Part shown: positions 15,001-30,000 of the stretch, piece after piece
Numbering within the stretch: position 1 is the first letter of the stretch
Layout: the number at the start of each line of letters is the position of its first letter
DNA from: Thalia democratica
Taxonomy: Eukaryota
Length of the DNA stretch: 64,000 nt
NCBI GenBank assembly: GCA_965202585.1
Contig: OZ241826.1
Coordinates: 91,574,001-91,638,000, forward strand
Direction of reading: 5' to 3'
The notes under the pieces: generated by a model
What the model was told of the DNA's origin: nothing
Seen by the model: the letters and a program-made list of their open reading frames with translations, nothing else
The model's database searches: none
Program-made: the position numbers and the translations under genes

Positions 15001-18000
15001 TTATTTCAAAAATTTATTTTTAATAAGGTAAGTTTTTAAATGTTATAAAAAATATTTTTAAAACAACAGTTGGTGGACCATCGGGTTGAATTCAGCAAGT
15101 GGTGGACGACGGAGTTCAAAACGGTCAAGTTTCCCTCCCAGGGCACGGTCTTCGACTACGTGGTGGACAACGAGACCAAGAAGTTCATCCCGTGGTCCGA
15201 AGTCGTGCCCAAGTTCGAACTCGATCCGGACATGCCTTTGCAGGTACCTGTTTGGTTGAAATTGTCTTTATAATGTTTCTGTAACGTATCTTAAAAGAGT
15301 TAAAATTATACCTATAAAATTATTTCGAAATTCAGCATTTTTATATTTGATAAAGTTCTTTAAAACCATTTGATTTTTATCAAAAAATGAAGAAATTTAC
15401 CTCATTAAGGTAACATGGGTCAGCGTTTTTATCAACTTAAAAAGCCGGTTGTATAATTGATAGAGTTCTTGAAAACTGTTAGATTTAAAAAAATAGTTGA
15501 ACAAAATTAAGCTTAAAATTTTTATTCAACCTGTAAAATATACCTCACAAAATTTGGATAAAAACAATCCACCAATCAAACAGGCGCAACTGGTCCACAA
15601 TTCGGAAACGATCCGGGTGAAGTTCTTCGTCGACCTGCTGATGGAGAAGCGACGGCCGGTGATGCTGGTGGGAAACGCGGGCACCGGCAAGTCGGTCCTC
15701 ATTGGCAACAAGCTGTCGTTGCTTGACGACGAGCACTACGCCGTTGCCAACGTCCCCTTCAACTACTACACCACCTCCGAGATGCTGCAAGGTAGGAAAA
15801 TACTTTTTTTAATAAAATTTTTTTTTCTATTTGTGTCATTTTGATTCAGCTTGAGTTATTTTGAATTGAAATTGAAACTTATTGTGGGCATAATATACTG
15901 TGCAAGTTAAAAAAAAAGTACACTGCAAAATACGTTCACATTGTTTAAAAAACCCTTTGTAGAAATATGCATTAAAATAATATTTTGTATACAATGAAAC
16001 TTAACAGCGGTGTTGGAGAAGCCGCTTGAGAAGAAGGCGGGCAGGAACTACGGTCCGCCAGGCACGAAACGGCTGGTGTACTTCATAGACGACATCAACA
16101 TGCCGGAGGTGGACACCTACGGAACCGTGCAACCCCACACCCTTATCAGGCAGCACATGGACTACACTCACTGGTATTTGTTTATATAGAAAACTGTAAA
16201 AATTATTTACTCGTTTTAAATGCTTTTTTTAAGATTTAAGTTATAACTGTTGAACGAAAGAATTTATTGTAATTAAGATCTTTCAGATAAGATCTCAAAA
16301 ATATGTGTTTAGTGTTTACATAAGTTGAAAATAAGTTTGTTTAAAAATATAGTTTGTTTGTTTTTTTTTATGTTTATTCTATTTGAATAGAACTATCGAT
16401 TTGTTGTACTGATGAGCTTTTTCAGCATAACATTGTTCTCAAAAAAAAAATAAAAAAAAAATTACTGAAGTAAAGATATACTTTGTTGATTTACTATTGA
16501 GCAAACTATGATATTAATATGTTAAATCTTTGAATAAACTTATGAAAATATTTGGATCTTCTTACAAACATTCTCCATACGAACAGGTATGACAGATCGA
16601 AACTTACACTGAAGGAAATTCACAATGTTCAGTACGTAGTCGGTATGAACCCCACAGCCGGTTCATTCACTATCAGCTCGAGATTGCAGGTTTGTAAAAG
16701 TTTAGTTAAATATTATCACTTTTGTAAGCTTATTTAAGTTGTGCTGTAAATTAAGCTAAAAAAATAAATTTTGTGGAGTTTGTTAAAAAATTGAAGATAA
16801 ACCTATTTAAAAGTACTCTGAAAAATAAAGATGGTACTTTATTTTATTTATATTTATTATTTTTCATTAGTACAAAAACTATTTAATTTAAGTTTTAAAG
16901 CAGAGGTACAGTATATTTATTTCTGGTATCTCAAAATTAGATGTTAATATTTTAAGATTAAAACAAATTTATTATCGTTGGTTTTTCTTTTTATGTAGAA
17001 TAATATTATAGTGCGTACTCAAATTTTTTATGACTTTATAATATTTATAAAAAATTTCACTAAACGAAACATTAGTCCAGTTTTATTTAAGGTTACTTTT
17101 TGTTCAACTACAATATTTCCACACACAGCGTCACTTCTGCGTGTTCGCTCTGAGCTTTCCCGGCAAGGGCGCGCTCAAGACCATTTTCAGCTCGATATTG
17201 AACCAGCACCTGAAGGACAACTCGTTTTCAACGCAGATACAGAAGCAAGCGGACAACCTGATAGAGGCGGCCCTCTACCTGCACACAAGGGTGGCGCAGG
17301 TGTTCCTCCCCACCGCGGTCAAGTTTCACTACGTGTTCAACCTGAGGGACCTCTCCAACATCTTCCAAGTTGGTTTTAAGATGAGTATAAATAGAAATGA
17401 GAATGTTTGTGCAATTAATTATAATTAATGTATAATTTGAGAATAATTAGCTACGGTTTTTTTTTAAATAAGGTTTTTGCTAGATTATTAAAAAAAAGTT
17501 AAAGCTGTTACTAAGAGTTGGTTTGGTTTTGCAGTAATGATAACTGCGAAAAATTGGTACCCTTAAATGTTTTATGCACACATTTTTGTAATGGTTTATA
17601 GGTTTTGTTACTTAAAAAGTAAAAGAGTTGTTTAAGTTTTTTACTAAAAGTTTATTTAATCTTGAAAGGTGTTTGCGAGAATAGTTTCTTAAAAAGTTTT
17701 TTGTTTTAATTAAAAGTTAAAAAAATTTCTACATTTTCCAAGTCAGTTTGAGATCAGTTTGAGTATTAATAAAAAAAATTTAGACTTTTAAAAGCATTTG
17801 AAAAATTTCTTGTTATGTTTTGAAATTTTTTTTAGCCCTTGAAGAAAAAAGAAATGTTTGAGTTGTTTATTAAAACTGGTTTAAGTTTGGTACTTGTGAA
17901 AAAAAAAGTTTCATAAAATTTTTCATGTAAAATTATACTTCTATTATAAAGTGTTTTAAAATTTGCATTTTTGCGGGCCGGCATCGTTTAGAACGACAAC

Positions 18001-21000
18001 TACAATTAAAATTTGAGTTAAAGTGTTTCGAAAGCCGAGTCTCGACAAGAAATTAGTGTCTAAACTCAGCTTAACTTTAAACAAATAGAAACTGCTCGTA
18101 ATAAATCTAGTAAACAATTTTCAAGGGAATATTGTTCGCGCCAGTGGAAGCGATTAAAGGTGTGAACGACGTTATCCAGTTGTGGCTGCACGAATCATCG
18201 AGGGTTTATCACGACAAGTTGATCGACGAAAAGGACATGAAGATGTTCAACGACCTGGCTGTTGATGCCACTAAAAAGCATTTCGAAGTTTGTGACTTGT
18301 TTGTTGAATAAATTTTTGAAACAAATTTTACACAAAAAATTTATATGTTTGTTACCAATGATTACACTCAACTTAGAAGTAAATAGTTTATAAAATATAA
18401 CTTGTATATCCAATAAACTGTTCTTATAAATATTCTAAAATTTAGTTTTTATAATTTTTCTAACTACTATAACTTTGATATTATTTTGAAACATTTAAGT
18501 GATTTAAAAAACTTTTTATGGTTGCAATATAAGAGCTGCTAATAATTTAAAGTTTTTTATTATTTTCTACAAAAACTAGTTCTAATGCTAACAAGTTAGT
18601 TGAAAACATTAAACTTTTATTAAAAAATAACACTAATGCAGGACATCGAACTTGAGGAGGTCCGACCCAACCCGAACATATTCTGCCACTTTGCGGACGG
18701 CATAGGCGACCCGAAGTACTGCCCCATGCGAACTTGGGAGGGACTGGGCAAGTTGTTGAACGAGGCCCTTGACAACTACAACGACATGAACGCCGCCATG
18801 AACCTCGTACTGTTCGAAGACGCTATGTCCCATATGTTTGTTTGTTTTTTTCTTTCGAAATATTGAAATCTATGTTTAAAGTATAAACTATATATTTTTA
18901 ACTTTTGAAAGAATTTGAAAAATTTGCTGTTGTGTTTCAAAGTTTTTATTAACTGTTGGAGAAAAAAGAAATGTTGAAGTTGTTGCTTAAAATTATTAAA
19001 TAGCTGTTAATTAGCTAATATGTTATTTTATAACTTACCATTCAAATTTTTATAATATTGTAATTTAATCGATGTTCTGTTTTTTGCCATTCTACAAAAA
19101 ACGTGTTTAAAACATATCAACTTTTATGAACGTATAAAAAACAAGTGGATTTTTTTTTGGTAGAAGGATGGTTTATGCTAATCCATATAAATTATTAAGA
19201 AACACTTTTTCCTAAAACACAACAGTTGCCGCATCAACCGAATATTCGAGTCGCCGCGGGGTTACGCGTTGCTAGTCGGAGTCGGTGGAAGCGGCAAGCA
19301 GAGTTTGTCCAGGCTGGCGGCTTACATCAGTGGGCTGGACGTGTTCCAAATAACACTGAGAAAAGGCTACGGTATACCAGATCTGAAAGTGAGATTTATT
19401 TGCAATCTTTCCAAGACGCATTAACTGCTACTTGTTTGATTTTAATATATTACTAGTTTAGCAACTCGTGTAAAAGCTAAGCAGATTTATTATGTGCTAA
19501 AGCTAATATGTTATTTTGTCAGATCGATCTCGGAGCACTCTTCTTGAAAGCTGGATTGAAAAATCTCGGAGTCTTGTTCCTGTTGACAGATGCTCAGGTA
19601 ATTTTGTTTTTTGAAGTTCTTTTACAGTTTTTGTAAATAATATAATACATTCAATGTCAAAATTGTGTTTAACTACAAATTTAAAAAACCCAGTATTGTT
19701 TTTTTAAACTTTACATTAGTTTATAAGTTTTGCAGCCTGTATAGTGAAAATTATAAATTCACTATAAGCTTTTTAAGGTACAAAACTAATTAGCGTTTAT
19801 GTATTTTACAGTTTTTCCTTAATAAACCAACCACTTGAAAATCTTAATTAATCTGACGAACTTTTAAAATTTTATGTTTTTAATTTTAATGTTAAAATAA
19901 TTTTATGAAAAGTCAAACATATTTTTTATGTTTACATGTTTCACTTTAAAAAACGCTCACAGCTTTCTATTAAAGATTTAATTGAGTTTTAACTAAAAAG
20001 TCGCCGACTTTAGGCAACATTACAAATGTCCATTTAATTGTTAGTGGTTTATTATGTTGTTTACAGTTTATTTTGACATACTAAGCGTTTAAAAATCTTT
20101 ATTTAAAAAAAAAGAATTTAAAATGAGAATTATTTTAACTACGTTTTATGTTTAAAGTAGCTGTTTTAAAACCTCAATTAGGAATTTTCCTGTTAATTAT
20201 GTTGTCATACATATAAAACACTGATTTTTTAATCAAAGGTCGCCGACGAGCGCTTCCTGGTCCTGGTGAACGACATGCTCAGCACGGGGGAAATCCCCAA
20301 CCTGCTACCGGACGACGAGGTGGAGAACGTGATATCGGGGGTGCGGAACGAGGTGAAGGGGATGGGGCTGGTCGACACGCGGGAGAACTGCTGGAAGTTC
20401 TTCATCGAGCGCGTCAGGAAAAATTTGAAGGTCTGTTGAAATTTCAATAAATGTAATTTTTTGGTGACATTTTTTGCGGTTCTAATTTATTTTAAAGCAA
20501 TATTTTTCACAATAAGGTATTAGAAATTAAGACAGTTGTTTATTTGCTTTGCTTTATACAAAATGTAAAATGTAATGCATACGTATAATTAATAATAACT
20601 TCAATTTAAATAGTACTCTTTCTTTAATACATTAACACATGTTTCTGTGCTTTAACAAATTAAAACGTTTCAACGGAGCTATGAAAGTTCAAGAAATACA
20701 TGTAAAAATTTAAATCACTATATATGACTATTATTTTGCTGTTTTAAATTATTTGAAAGCAAGATTTTTGTCACAATAAAGAATTTTGAATGTTAGAAAA
20801 TTATTAATTTTTGAACCGGAATAAAAGTATACATAGTAAAAATTTTATTCTATTTATAATTATATTATACGCATAAAAGTTCAAATAAATTACCATTATA
20901 AATCAATCAGTTATATTATACGCACTAAAGTTCGAATAAATAATTATTACAGAACACACAATAATCAATAATTTAATTTAATAACAAGGTTTTTGTTAGA

Positions 21001-24000
21001 ATAAATTGTTAGAGTTTACGATAGTTACCTCTTTTTTTTTGCAGTACAAAAGTTATAGTTATAAATAATTTGTTGTAGTTATTTTTTATACTCGTTATTA
21101 AAAAAAATTACAACTCAAACACCCAGGTGGCGCTGTGTTTCTCACCGGTGGGCAACAAGCTGCGGGTCAGGGCCAGGAAGTTTCCAGGAGTGGTCAACTG
21201 CACGTCCATAGACTGGTTCCACGAGTGGCCCGAGGACGCGCTCCAGTCCGTCAGTCTCCGCTTCCTCGGCGAAGTGGAAAACGTTTCGGTTCGTTGGTTT
21301 CGTAACTTATTAGTTTTTTAGTTAAGTTAAATTTTTAAAAAGTTCTAAAAGTTAAATAGAAAAACCAACTGCCAAATGTAACATAAAAAGAACGAGGATA
21401 TTTAATTAAACTGCTTTAACAAAAACAGTTAATGCGTTATTATGTTTTTGATATTATGATATTGTTATTGAAAGTTTAAATAAAAGGTCAATTATAGTAT
21501 TGTAGCTACGTACATTTTTGTTTGTAATACATATGTTTGATAATATAACGAATTAAAACATTACAGGAAGAACACAGGGATTCGATCAGCAAGTTCATGT
21601 CTTACGTGCACGTCAGTGTGAACGAACTCAGCAAAGAGTATCTGCTGAGCGAGAGGTTGTTTGATATTGAAAAAAAAAATAAATAATTAAAACTTTCACA
21701 TTGAGTTATTGTCTTTATTTGCGTAAACTTTTTTAATCTTAGAAAATAAGTTTTGTAAAAACTTTAAAGTTTTAGAAATCTATCTAAAATTTTCTTTACG
21801 TTTATCAACTCACGAATTCTTTCATAAGTCAACTCAGTTAAGTTTAACTCAGTTAATCAACGAAATTTGTGATCTTAAACTCCAATAAAGTTTTTATTCA
21901 AGTAGAATGTGATATACAAACTTTTCATATCAAACTAAACACAATTTTTAAGTTTTTTATCGAACTAAATTCTTGTTTTTAAAATACCTGCAGAAGATAC
22001 AACTACACGACGCCGAAAAGCTTCTTGGAGCAGATCAAACTGTACGAGTCTTTATTAGGCAAGAAGAACTCGCAGCTGCAGGCCGCAGTTGAAAGACTGG
22101 AGAACGGACTTGAAAAATTGAGGAGCACCGCCGCACAAGTTTGTTGTTGATGATTGGTAAAAATAAGTATTTGTTTAAAAAAATTGTGTTCTTGTTATAT
22201 GATCACGGAAGCATTTCATTCACATTAAAATTTTATAGATTATTAAAGTTTTTCCTGCTATCAACTTAGAAGTGAAACGAATATGTAAAAACAATTAAAT
22301 CAAGAACAGTCTTTGCTAAAACAAACAAGTTTAAATATCATATGCAACTTAATATGACTATATTTATTATGATAAACCTTTAAAACTATATGCATTTCAT
22401 TTAACTTTTGATAAAGAATCAAACATAAGAGTCGGAAAGCTCTAAGTTTTAAAATTTGTTAAAAAAATAAATTATCTGTCAAACGGTATCTAAATACAAT
22501 AAAATTCCTTCCGAAAACAAAGATAAGTATTTATATAGTATTTTAGTAAATTTTTATTAAGTCACTGAAACTAAAAACCAAAATTTTCAACTCAAGGTGG
22601 TTTGTAGTTTAAAGCCCAGTTTTAAACCTGTTATAACCAAAAGAATGCTTGTTTAAAACAAACAGTTTTAAAACAACACCTTACCTAACTGAACCAAAAA
22701 ACTCATATTAGGTTATTTCCCTAATGTAAGATTATTCAACTCAAGGTGGACGACTTGAAGGCGAAGTTGGCGGCGCAGGAGGTGGAGCTGAAGCAGAAGA
22801 ACGAGGACGCGGACAAGCTGATCCAGGTGGTGGCGGTGGAGACGGAGAAGGTGAGCCGGGAGAAGGAGGTGGCCGACGTGGAGGAGGGCAAGGTGACGCA
22901 GATCGAGGTGGAGGTCACCGCCAAGCAGAAGGACTGCGCGGAAGATTTGGAGAAGGCCGAGCCGGCGCTGCTGGCCGCGCAGGAAGCCTTGAACACATTG
23001 AACAAGGTGAAGATTTGTCTTGACATGTTGTTTAGCAGTATATATCGTACACGTAACTGATGTAATTTCGGATTATTTTACGCAAGAATGGATTTGTTTT
23101 TAGCGTTATTTAAAGTTTGTTAAAGAATTATTAACATGGAAATATGAAACAGCACAGTATATGCCAGGGGTCGGCAAACTGCGGCCCGCGGGCCAATTGC
23201 GGCCCGCGAAGGGTAAATCTGCGGCCCGCGAGCACGTTATTTTTTTGGATGGAATGCGGCCCGCGAAAGAAAATTTTGTGGCCCGCGAGCATGTAAATGT
23301 GGCCCGCTGATGTAAATATATTTCAAGTTGAATTTTTGTTAATAATTTAGTTTGATTAGTTTGGTTTTAAGTCTCTGTATAACATTTAAAAATAATTAGA
23401 AGAAATTACTGCTTTAGTTTAAAAATGTGAAAAAGACAGATTAGCATTCTAACAGGATACTTTTCCGAGTTTCATAAAATTTTCTTTTTTACAACAGCAA
23501 GTAATTATCTGAAAAAATAGTGTAAAGAGTGATTGAATTTAATAAAATAGTTATATAATACCTATTTATTAAATAAACTAAATGCAAATGTTTTCTATTT
23601 TGTACAAAAGTAATTCACAGTAATTAACTAAAGTGTCATTTCTTTATAGCTTAGATATTCTTTTTCAATATTTTTTATACCTAAGTTTCCTTTATAGATT
23701 TTTTTTTGTAAATGTTATATTTTAGTGTAAAAACATTTAACATAACATAGTAATAAGAAATAAGGTTTATTTGATTTTTGTTTTGACACATTTTAATTTT
23801 TTAAAAGTTTTCTCTGCACTTTGAATTAATTTCTATGCACACCAACTTAAAAAGATGCTCATACTTTAAACCACTTTTTATTTAATACTTTAGTTAGTTA
23901 AAGTTTAGTTTATGCTTAGTTTTCTAACATTGTTGTTTCTACATGTAATATCTAAATTATACACACACGTTTAAAACAATATGACATGAATTAATATAGT

Positions 24001-27000
24001 TTTTGTTAGGTACACATTTTAATTTTTCAAACATTTTTTTGTCAAACTTTTTATGCCTTGTATATCAATACACACAATTGCTGTTTTTTTGAGCTACCTA
24101 TTTAATATAAACTAGATTTAGGGATGGTAAGTTTATTAAGTTTGTACATTGTTAATCAAAATAGTTCAAATTCAAGCAAATAAACAACTAAACATTGTCA
24201 CACACTCAGACTATCACTATTTGAAGACTTTAAATCTTGAGCCAACTAAGTCATTTTTTAAGTTTTTGGCTAGAATTGCTTTTTGTATACAAAAATATCA
24301 GGATGTTTTTGTTGACTCAGGCTGACTTTTTTGCTTGAAAGAGTGGCAAATTAAACTTATGATGTATGTTTTGCTCAATCCACAATGTTAGTTTGAGCTA
24401 TAATATATGTTAAATTTTAAGTCTTGCAGCTAATATAATTTAAAATGCTATTTATATTTTTGTGTACATTTAAGTGTGAACAATCAGTGTTGCCAAAAAA
24501 CTTGAATCCCGGAAAAGCTTTGAATTTGAAAACTTGTGCTTAAAAGTTCTGGAAAAAAACTTGAAATTGAGAATTTTTGAAAAAACCTGTAAAGTAATAA
24601 AATTTCGATTTGACACAAAAAACTTACCAAATAAATATTTTTCATTAGAAAATATATTGAAGTAGCTGAACAGTATTTTTTAATATCGATATATTTGTTA
24701 AGTCATTTTTATCAACTTAAATTAAACTTTCTACTAACAATAAAAGAAGGAATTGTACTTTCAAAAACTTTGTTTTGGTGCTTTCAACCTTTACTTGTAA
24801 AATTTCACCGATTGTTGTGCTTCGCTTTGAAACTAAACCAAGAAATTCTATTAAAATGTCAAAGTTAGTAAAAACATCTCTAATAAAAATTCTCATATGA
24901 ACAATAGTTTTTTTGTCAGTGCTCTCATATTAACAGATTGATTAAAGTCCTAATTTGATTTATGCGACTATAACCTTAATGCATTTCCTAAACACGACGT
25001 CTAGTTGTCATTGAAGAAATAAACAAAAGCTTTTCATTACCGCCAACATAAATTCTTTAGAAAAGTCTTCAATTATAAACGGTATCTCATTTTAATTAAT
25101 AAATTTTGCTACTTTATAATTTGCCTTAACAATTTTTTCTTATCATTCTGTAGTTACTGAAGATAATCATGTGCTTTATGGAAAAACTGACTTTGGTCAT
25201 TTGTTTTTTATCGTTTCTCGCAATAACTCCTAACTAACGTATTTTTTATTCTTGTAGCTCATCTTATATTTTTCAATTACTATTTTTAAATACAATATTC
25301 TTATTTCAGATAAAGAATTGCTAAAATGCTTAATAAAAAATAAGTTTTTCTACTTCGCTAATGACTGAATAGAATTTTATACTTTTGTTAAATTTGTTTA
25401 AGAATCTTAATTGTCCATTCCAGCTGACTTATATTTTTTTGGCATGTAATTTATTTACTGTTAATAAGTTTCGTTATTTCTTTATGTTGTGAACTTTATT
25501 TTAACTGGGTTGCTACACAAACAGGCTATTTTAAAAGCTTGAAAACTCAGGTGTGTGTGAAACTTTTATTTAAATCACTTTAAAGAAATCTTTCAATTCT
25601 CAGAATAGTTTTTATGGCTGTAGTGTAGTTTACTGATTGTAATTTTTTCTTTTTTTCTTACATTTTGTCTACTTTTTGATAATGATGATATTTTAACTAG
25701 GTATTTAAGCTGGATTAACAACTATTTAATAGCTTTTTTAACTTTTAATAAACTCAGGCTGGTTTGATACAACTCAGACATTTTTGCTTTTTTAAGGGGC
25801 AACCATGTAAAATACTAATTACTAATAAGATATTTTATTAAAGTTTTCGAAAATTAATTATGTTAAAGAATTTGTTTTAGATTTTTGGAATACAAACTTG
25901 TAATAATTTTATTAAGTTAACTAATTAATGAATTTTCTAATGAGTGTAAATTATTTAACACGCAAAAACTTTTTTTGAAGTAAATATTCTTAGAAATATG
26001 AAAAAAGGGTTGATATAATAACAAGTGTATTAAAATAACCCATAAATTGTCTTTCAAGTTAGGTTTTTATAGAGAGTTAGGTTGTAAGTAAAATTACAAA
26101 AGTATTTTAGTTTAACTTATTAAGTGCTTATGAAAGTACATAGTTTATTAACACTTAAGTATAACAGTCAATGTAAATTCTATTCTAATAAATATTAATA
26201 AAATAGGCATTCTATGTATAGCTAAAAGTCATTAAAAAAATATGGTGAATAAAAGTAAAACCTTTCTTTAGTGTGACTAAAACTAAAACCAAATTATTAT
26301 TCAAATGTCACTAAAACTAAAACTGCGGCCCGCGAAGACTTTGGAAACTTGAAATTTGGCCCGCGACCACCAACTGCCTGCCGACCCCTGGTATATGCCC
26401 TAGTTGCTTAAACCTCTTTTAAAAATAGTTAGCTAAAACTATTTTGTTTAGTTGCAATTTATCAGTTTGAGTATTTAAAAAACTCAATTTGAAACAAATT
26501 TTGTAACATCTTAAAAACAAAAAGACGTTTTAAGGAACCATTAAGCCGTGCTTTTTAAATTTCCAGCTAAAAAATAAAGATTAAAAAAAATCATTATAAA
26601 AACTAATTATATTATTGTTAATTGTATTAAAGTGAATTTTGAATTTATCAACAGAACAACTTGACGGAGTTGAAGTCTTTCGGTGCGCCCCCGCCCGCCG
26701 TGGTCAACGTCATCGCCGCCGTCATGGTTCTCATGGCTCCCAACGGGAAAGTCCCTAAAGACAGGAGCTGGAAGGCGGGAAAAATCATGATGGGAAAAGT
26801 TTGTTCAATTTTTTGTTGTTTTTTTTTAAATTTTTTTAATTAGTTTCTTAAGTTTGTTTTAATTTTTTCTTTTTTTTTTCTTTACTTAGCACAAAATTAA
26901 AAAAAAAAAATTAATTATTAATTTTTTTTGTTAATGGATTTAAGTAAATGTTTTGTTGTTTTTTGATAAAAATGTGAAAAATACTTAGGTGGATCAATTT

Positions 27001-30000
27001 TTGGACGCTTTGATAAACTACGACAAGGAGAATATTCATGAAAATTGTTTGAAGGCCATCAAACCTTACTTGGACAGTCCTGACTTCGACCCAGAGTTTG
27101 TCCGTGGAAAGGTATGTCTTCATTTTGTTTGTCAATGTTTGAATGTTGATACTTATTTATTTCTAACTCAAACTTTACAATTTAAATTTTATTTTATTCC
27201 AAAACTTGCTTAACTAACGCATACAATTTAATATTTTGTTTTTCTTAAAACCAGTGATATACCGGACTTACTATCCGGGTCCGGATCCGGCCGGATATTG
27301 TCATTTTTGTCTGATATCCGGTTCCGGCCGGATTCTAATTTGAAAAAAAAAGTCCGGATACGGTTCCGGCCGGATTCTAATTTGCAAAAAAAAAGTCCGG
27401 ATTCGGGTCTGGCCGGATCTTAATTTGAAAAAAAGTCCGGATCCGGGTCCGGTACATCACTACTTAAAACTAAATCGAGTTATTTATTAAGCCAAGTATG
27501 ATATACTATTCTAAATTTAATCCATTTGTATTTTTTTCACAGTCGTTCGCAGCGTCAGGTTTGTGCGCATGGGCGGTGAACATCGTCAGGTTTTACCAAA
27601 TTTTCTGCGAGGTCGAGCCGAAGAGACAGGCGCTGAAGAAGGCCAACGACGAACTGCAGGCCGCAAGAAGCAAACTCGCTCAAATCAAGTCGAAAATTAC
27701 CGTGAGTTCTAATTTTCTATTTTGCCTGTTTTATAATAAAACTAATTTAAAATTTTATATTTAAAGAATTTTGTTATAAAACAAAGTATTAGAAATCTTC
27801 AGTTTTAATTAAATTCTCGTTAAAATCAAAATCGATTTTTCTTTAACTATTAAAATCACTTGATTAATATTATGACATATACAGTGTTGCTGCCAACAAG
27901 TATAAAGTTTTTAATTTTATCAGGCATTGAACAACAACTTGGCGGAACTGACGGCTCAGTTCGAAGAAGCGACTGCCGCCAAGCTGAAATGCCAGCAGGA
28001 AGCAGAAGCCACTGAGAGCACCATCTCGCTTGCTAACAGGTTGATAATTAATTTGACAGTTGAAAGTTAAATTAAAGTAATAAATAGTATAAAATTATAA
28101 AGTTACTAGAAATATTTTTTTAACTAAATTTTTAACGTGAAGTTTTTTCCAGTAAACATAGTTGATTAATTTAATTTCCACACATGGTTTGTCTTTTTGA
28201 ATTTAAGTTTTATAAAATTTGTTGTTTAAATTTCTAGTTTAAAAGCTTAATGTTTAATCTTTCAAACAACACTTCAATCCAGACTCGTCGGCGGCTTGCA
28301 AAGCGAAAACGTGCGTTGGGCCGAATCGGTGCAAAACTTCAAAGTTCAGGAAACCATGATGACTGGAGACGTGCTCATCATCACCGGTTTGTAAAATATC
28401 GTGATATTTACAAGTTAGAATAGAAAACTGAATATTTTTTTTTTCAGCAATCGTCTCTTACGTGGGCTACTTTACCAAGCCATACAGGCAGCGTTTGTTG
28501 AACGAACAGTGGCTCCCTTTCCTCAAGCAACTCAAAGTAAGTTTTCTCACGTAAAGTTGACGTTTTGATAAGCTTGTAAAAAAACTTAAAACTTCTTTAA
28601 GTTCATTAAAGATAAACAAAAACTTGTTTCGGGTAGCCGTAATACTTGATATATTTAAACAACTCTTGCTGATAAACTTCTGTTTTTATTTACACAAATC
28701 GCCCAAAAATTCCCTTTTATTTTATTCCAGGTTCCAATCCCCATCACGGAGGACCTGGACTTTATGAGCCTGCTCACCGACGAGGCCGTCATAGCCAATT
28801 GGAACAACGAGGGGTTGCCTAGCGACCGCATGTCCACGGAGAACGCCACCATACTGTCCAACTGCCAGCGGTGGCCGCTGATGGTGGACCCCCAGCTGCA
28901 GGGCATCAAGTGGATCAAGAACAAGTACGGCGACGACCTCAAGGTCATCAGGATCGGAAACAAGGGGTTTGTTGATTAATCATGAAAATAATTGATGTTA
29001 ATACAAAAATTGTAAAAATGATAATTCAATAATTTTTAATTGCAAGTTTCTTATTTTTTATTGTTTTTTTTTAATTTGAAAACTCTTTCAGTATAAAGGA
29101 GGTATGTTACCAAGTACAGAATATAGGGGTTTGTTGTTTTGTTAAGCTGTTGGATAAAAAATTAGACTAAATCTAGTATTATGTTTTTTGATAATTTTTA
29201 TATATGCTCTTTTTTTTTGTAGTTTTAGAAACGTTGCAGTTTAAAGAAGGTCTGTTATCAAGCGTAGACTGTTTTGATAAAGTGAAAAATTTCCCAAATA
29301 CTTATACAACTGAAACAACTTTATTTTTAATACACTTAATTCTAAACAAATTTAAACATCACTCATATTACATCATTTACATAAACAATCATCAAACAGA
29401 TACTTGGATGTTATAGAAAACGCATTATCTTCCGGTGACACCGTTCTGATTGAAAACATCGAGGAATCCCTGGATCCCGTGCTTGGCTCTCTGCTGGGAA
29501 GAGAAACAATTAAAAAAGGAAGGTTGGTAAAAAAATTAATTGTTTAATAAAACATCACTTAATCATTTAAATTTGATTGGTTTTAATACTTTTACTTACT
29601 TGTTACCGTTTTTTAAATCGTTACTCGGGTACCTTAGAAAAATTTTTGTAGTATTTTTAATCATTCACAACTTGCAACGAAAGCTCTACGATTAAAAAAA
29701 GTATGTTTTATGCATTTCAATATAAAAAATACACTATGTTTTTGTCCTTTTTTATCTACGATTTTGAAATCTAAATATACTTTATACAATTTAAATAAAA
29801 TCAAGGTGCATCAAGATAGGTTTTATAATTCAAGTACAGATAAGATAAGATTTATTTTTTTGTTTTTTTTTAAGTTTAGAAAACTTTAATTTCATTGTAG
29901 TTTATTTTAATCTTTTACACCTTACACAGATGATCCGCACTTTTGAAATCAATGTTTTTTATACAATACAAAAACACAGGTACATCAAGAAAGGGGACAA

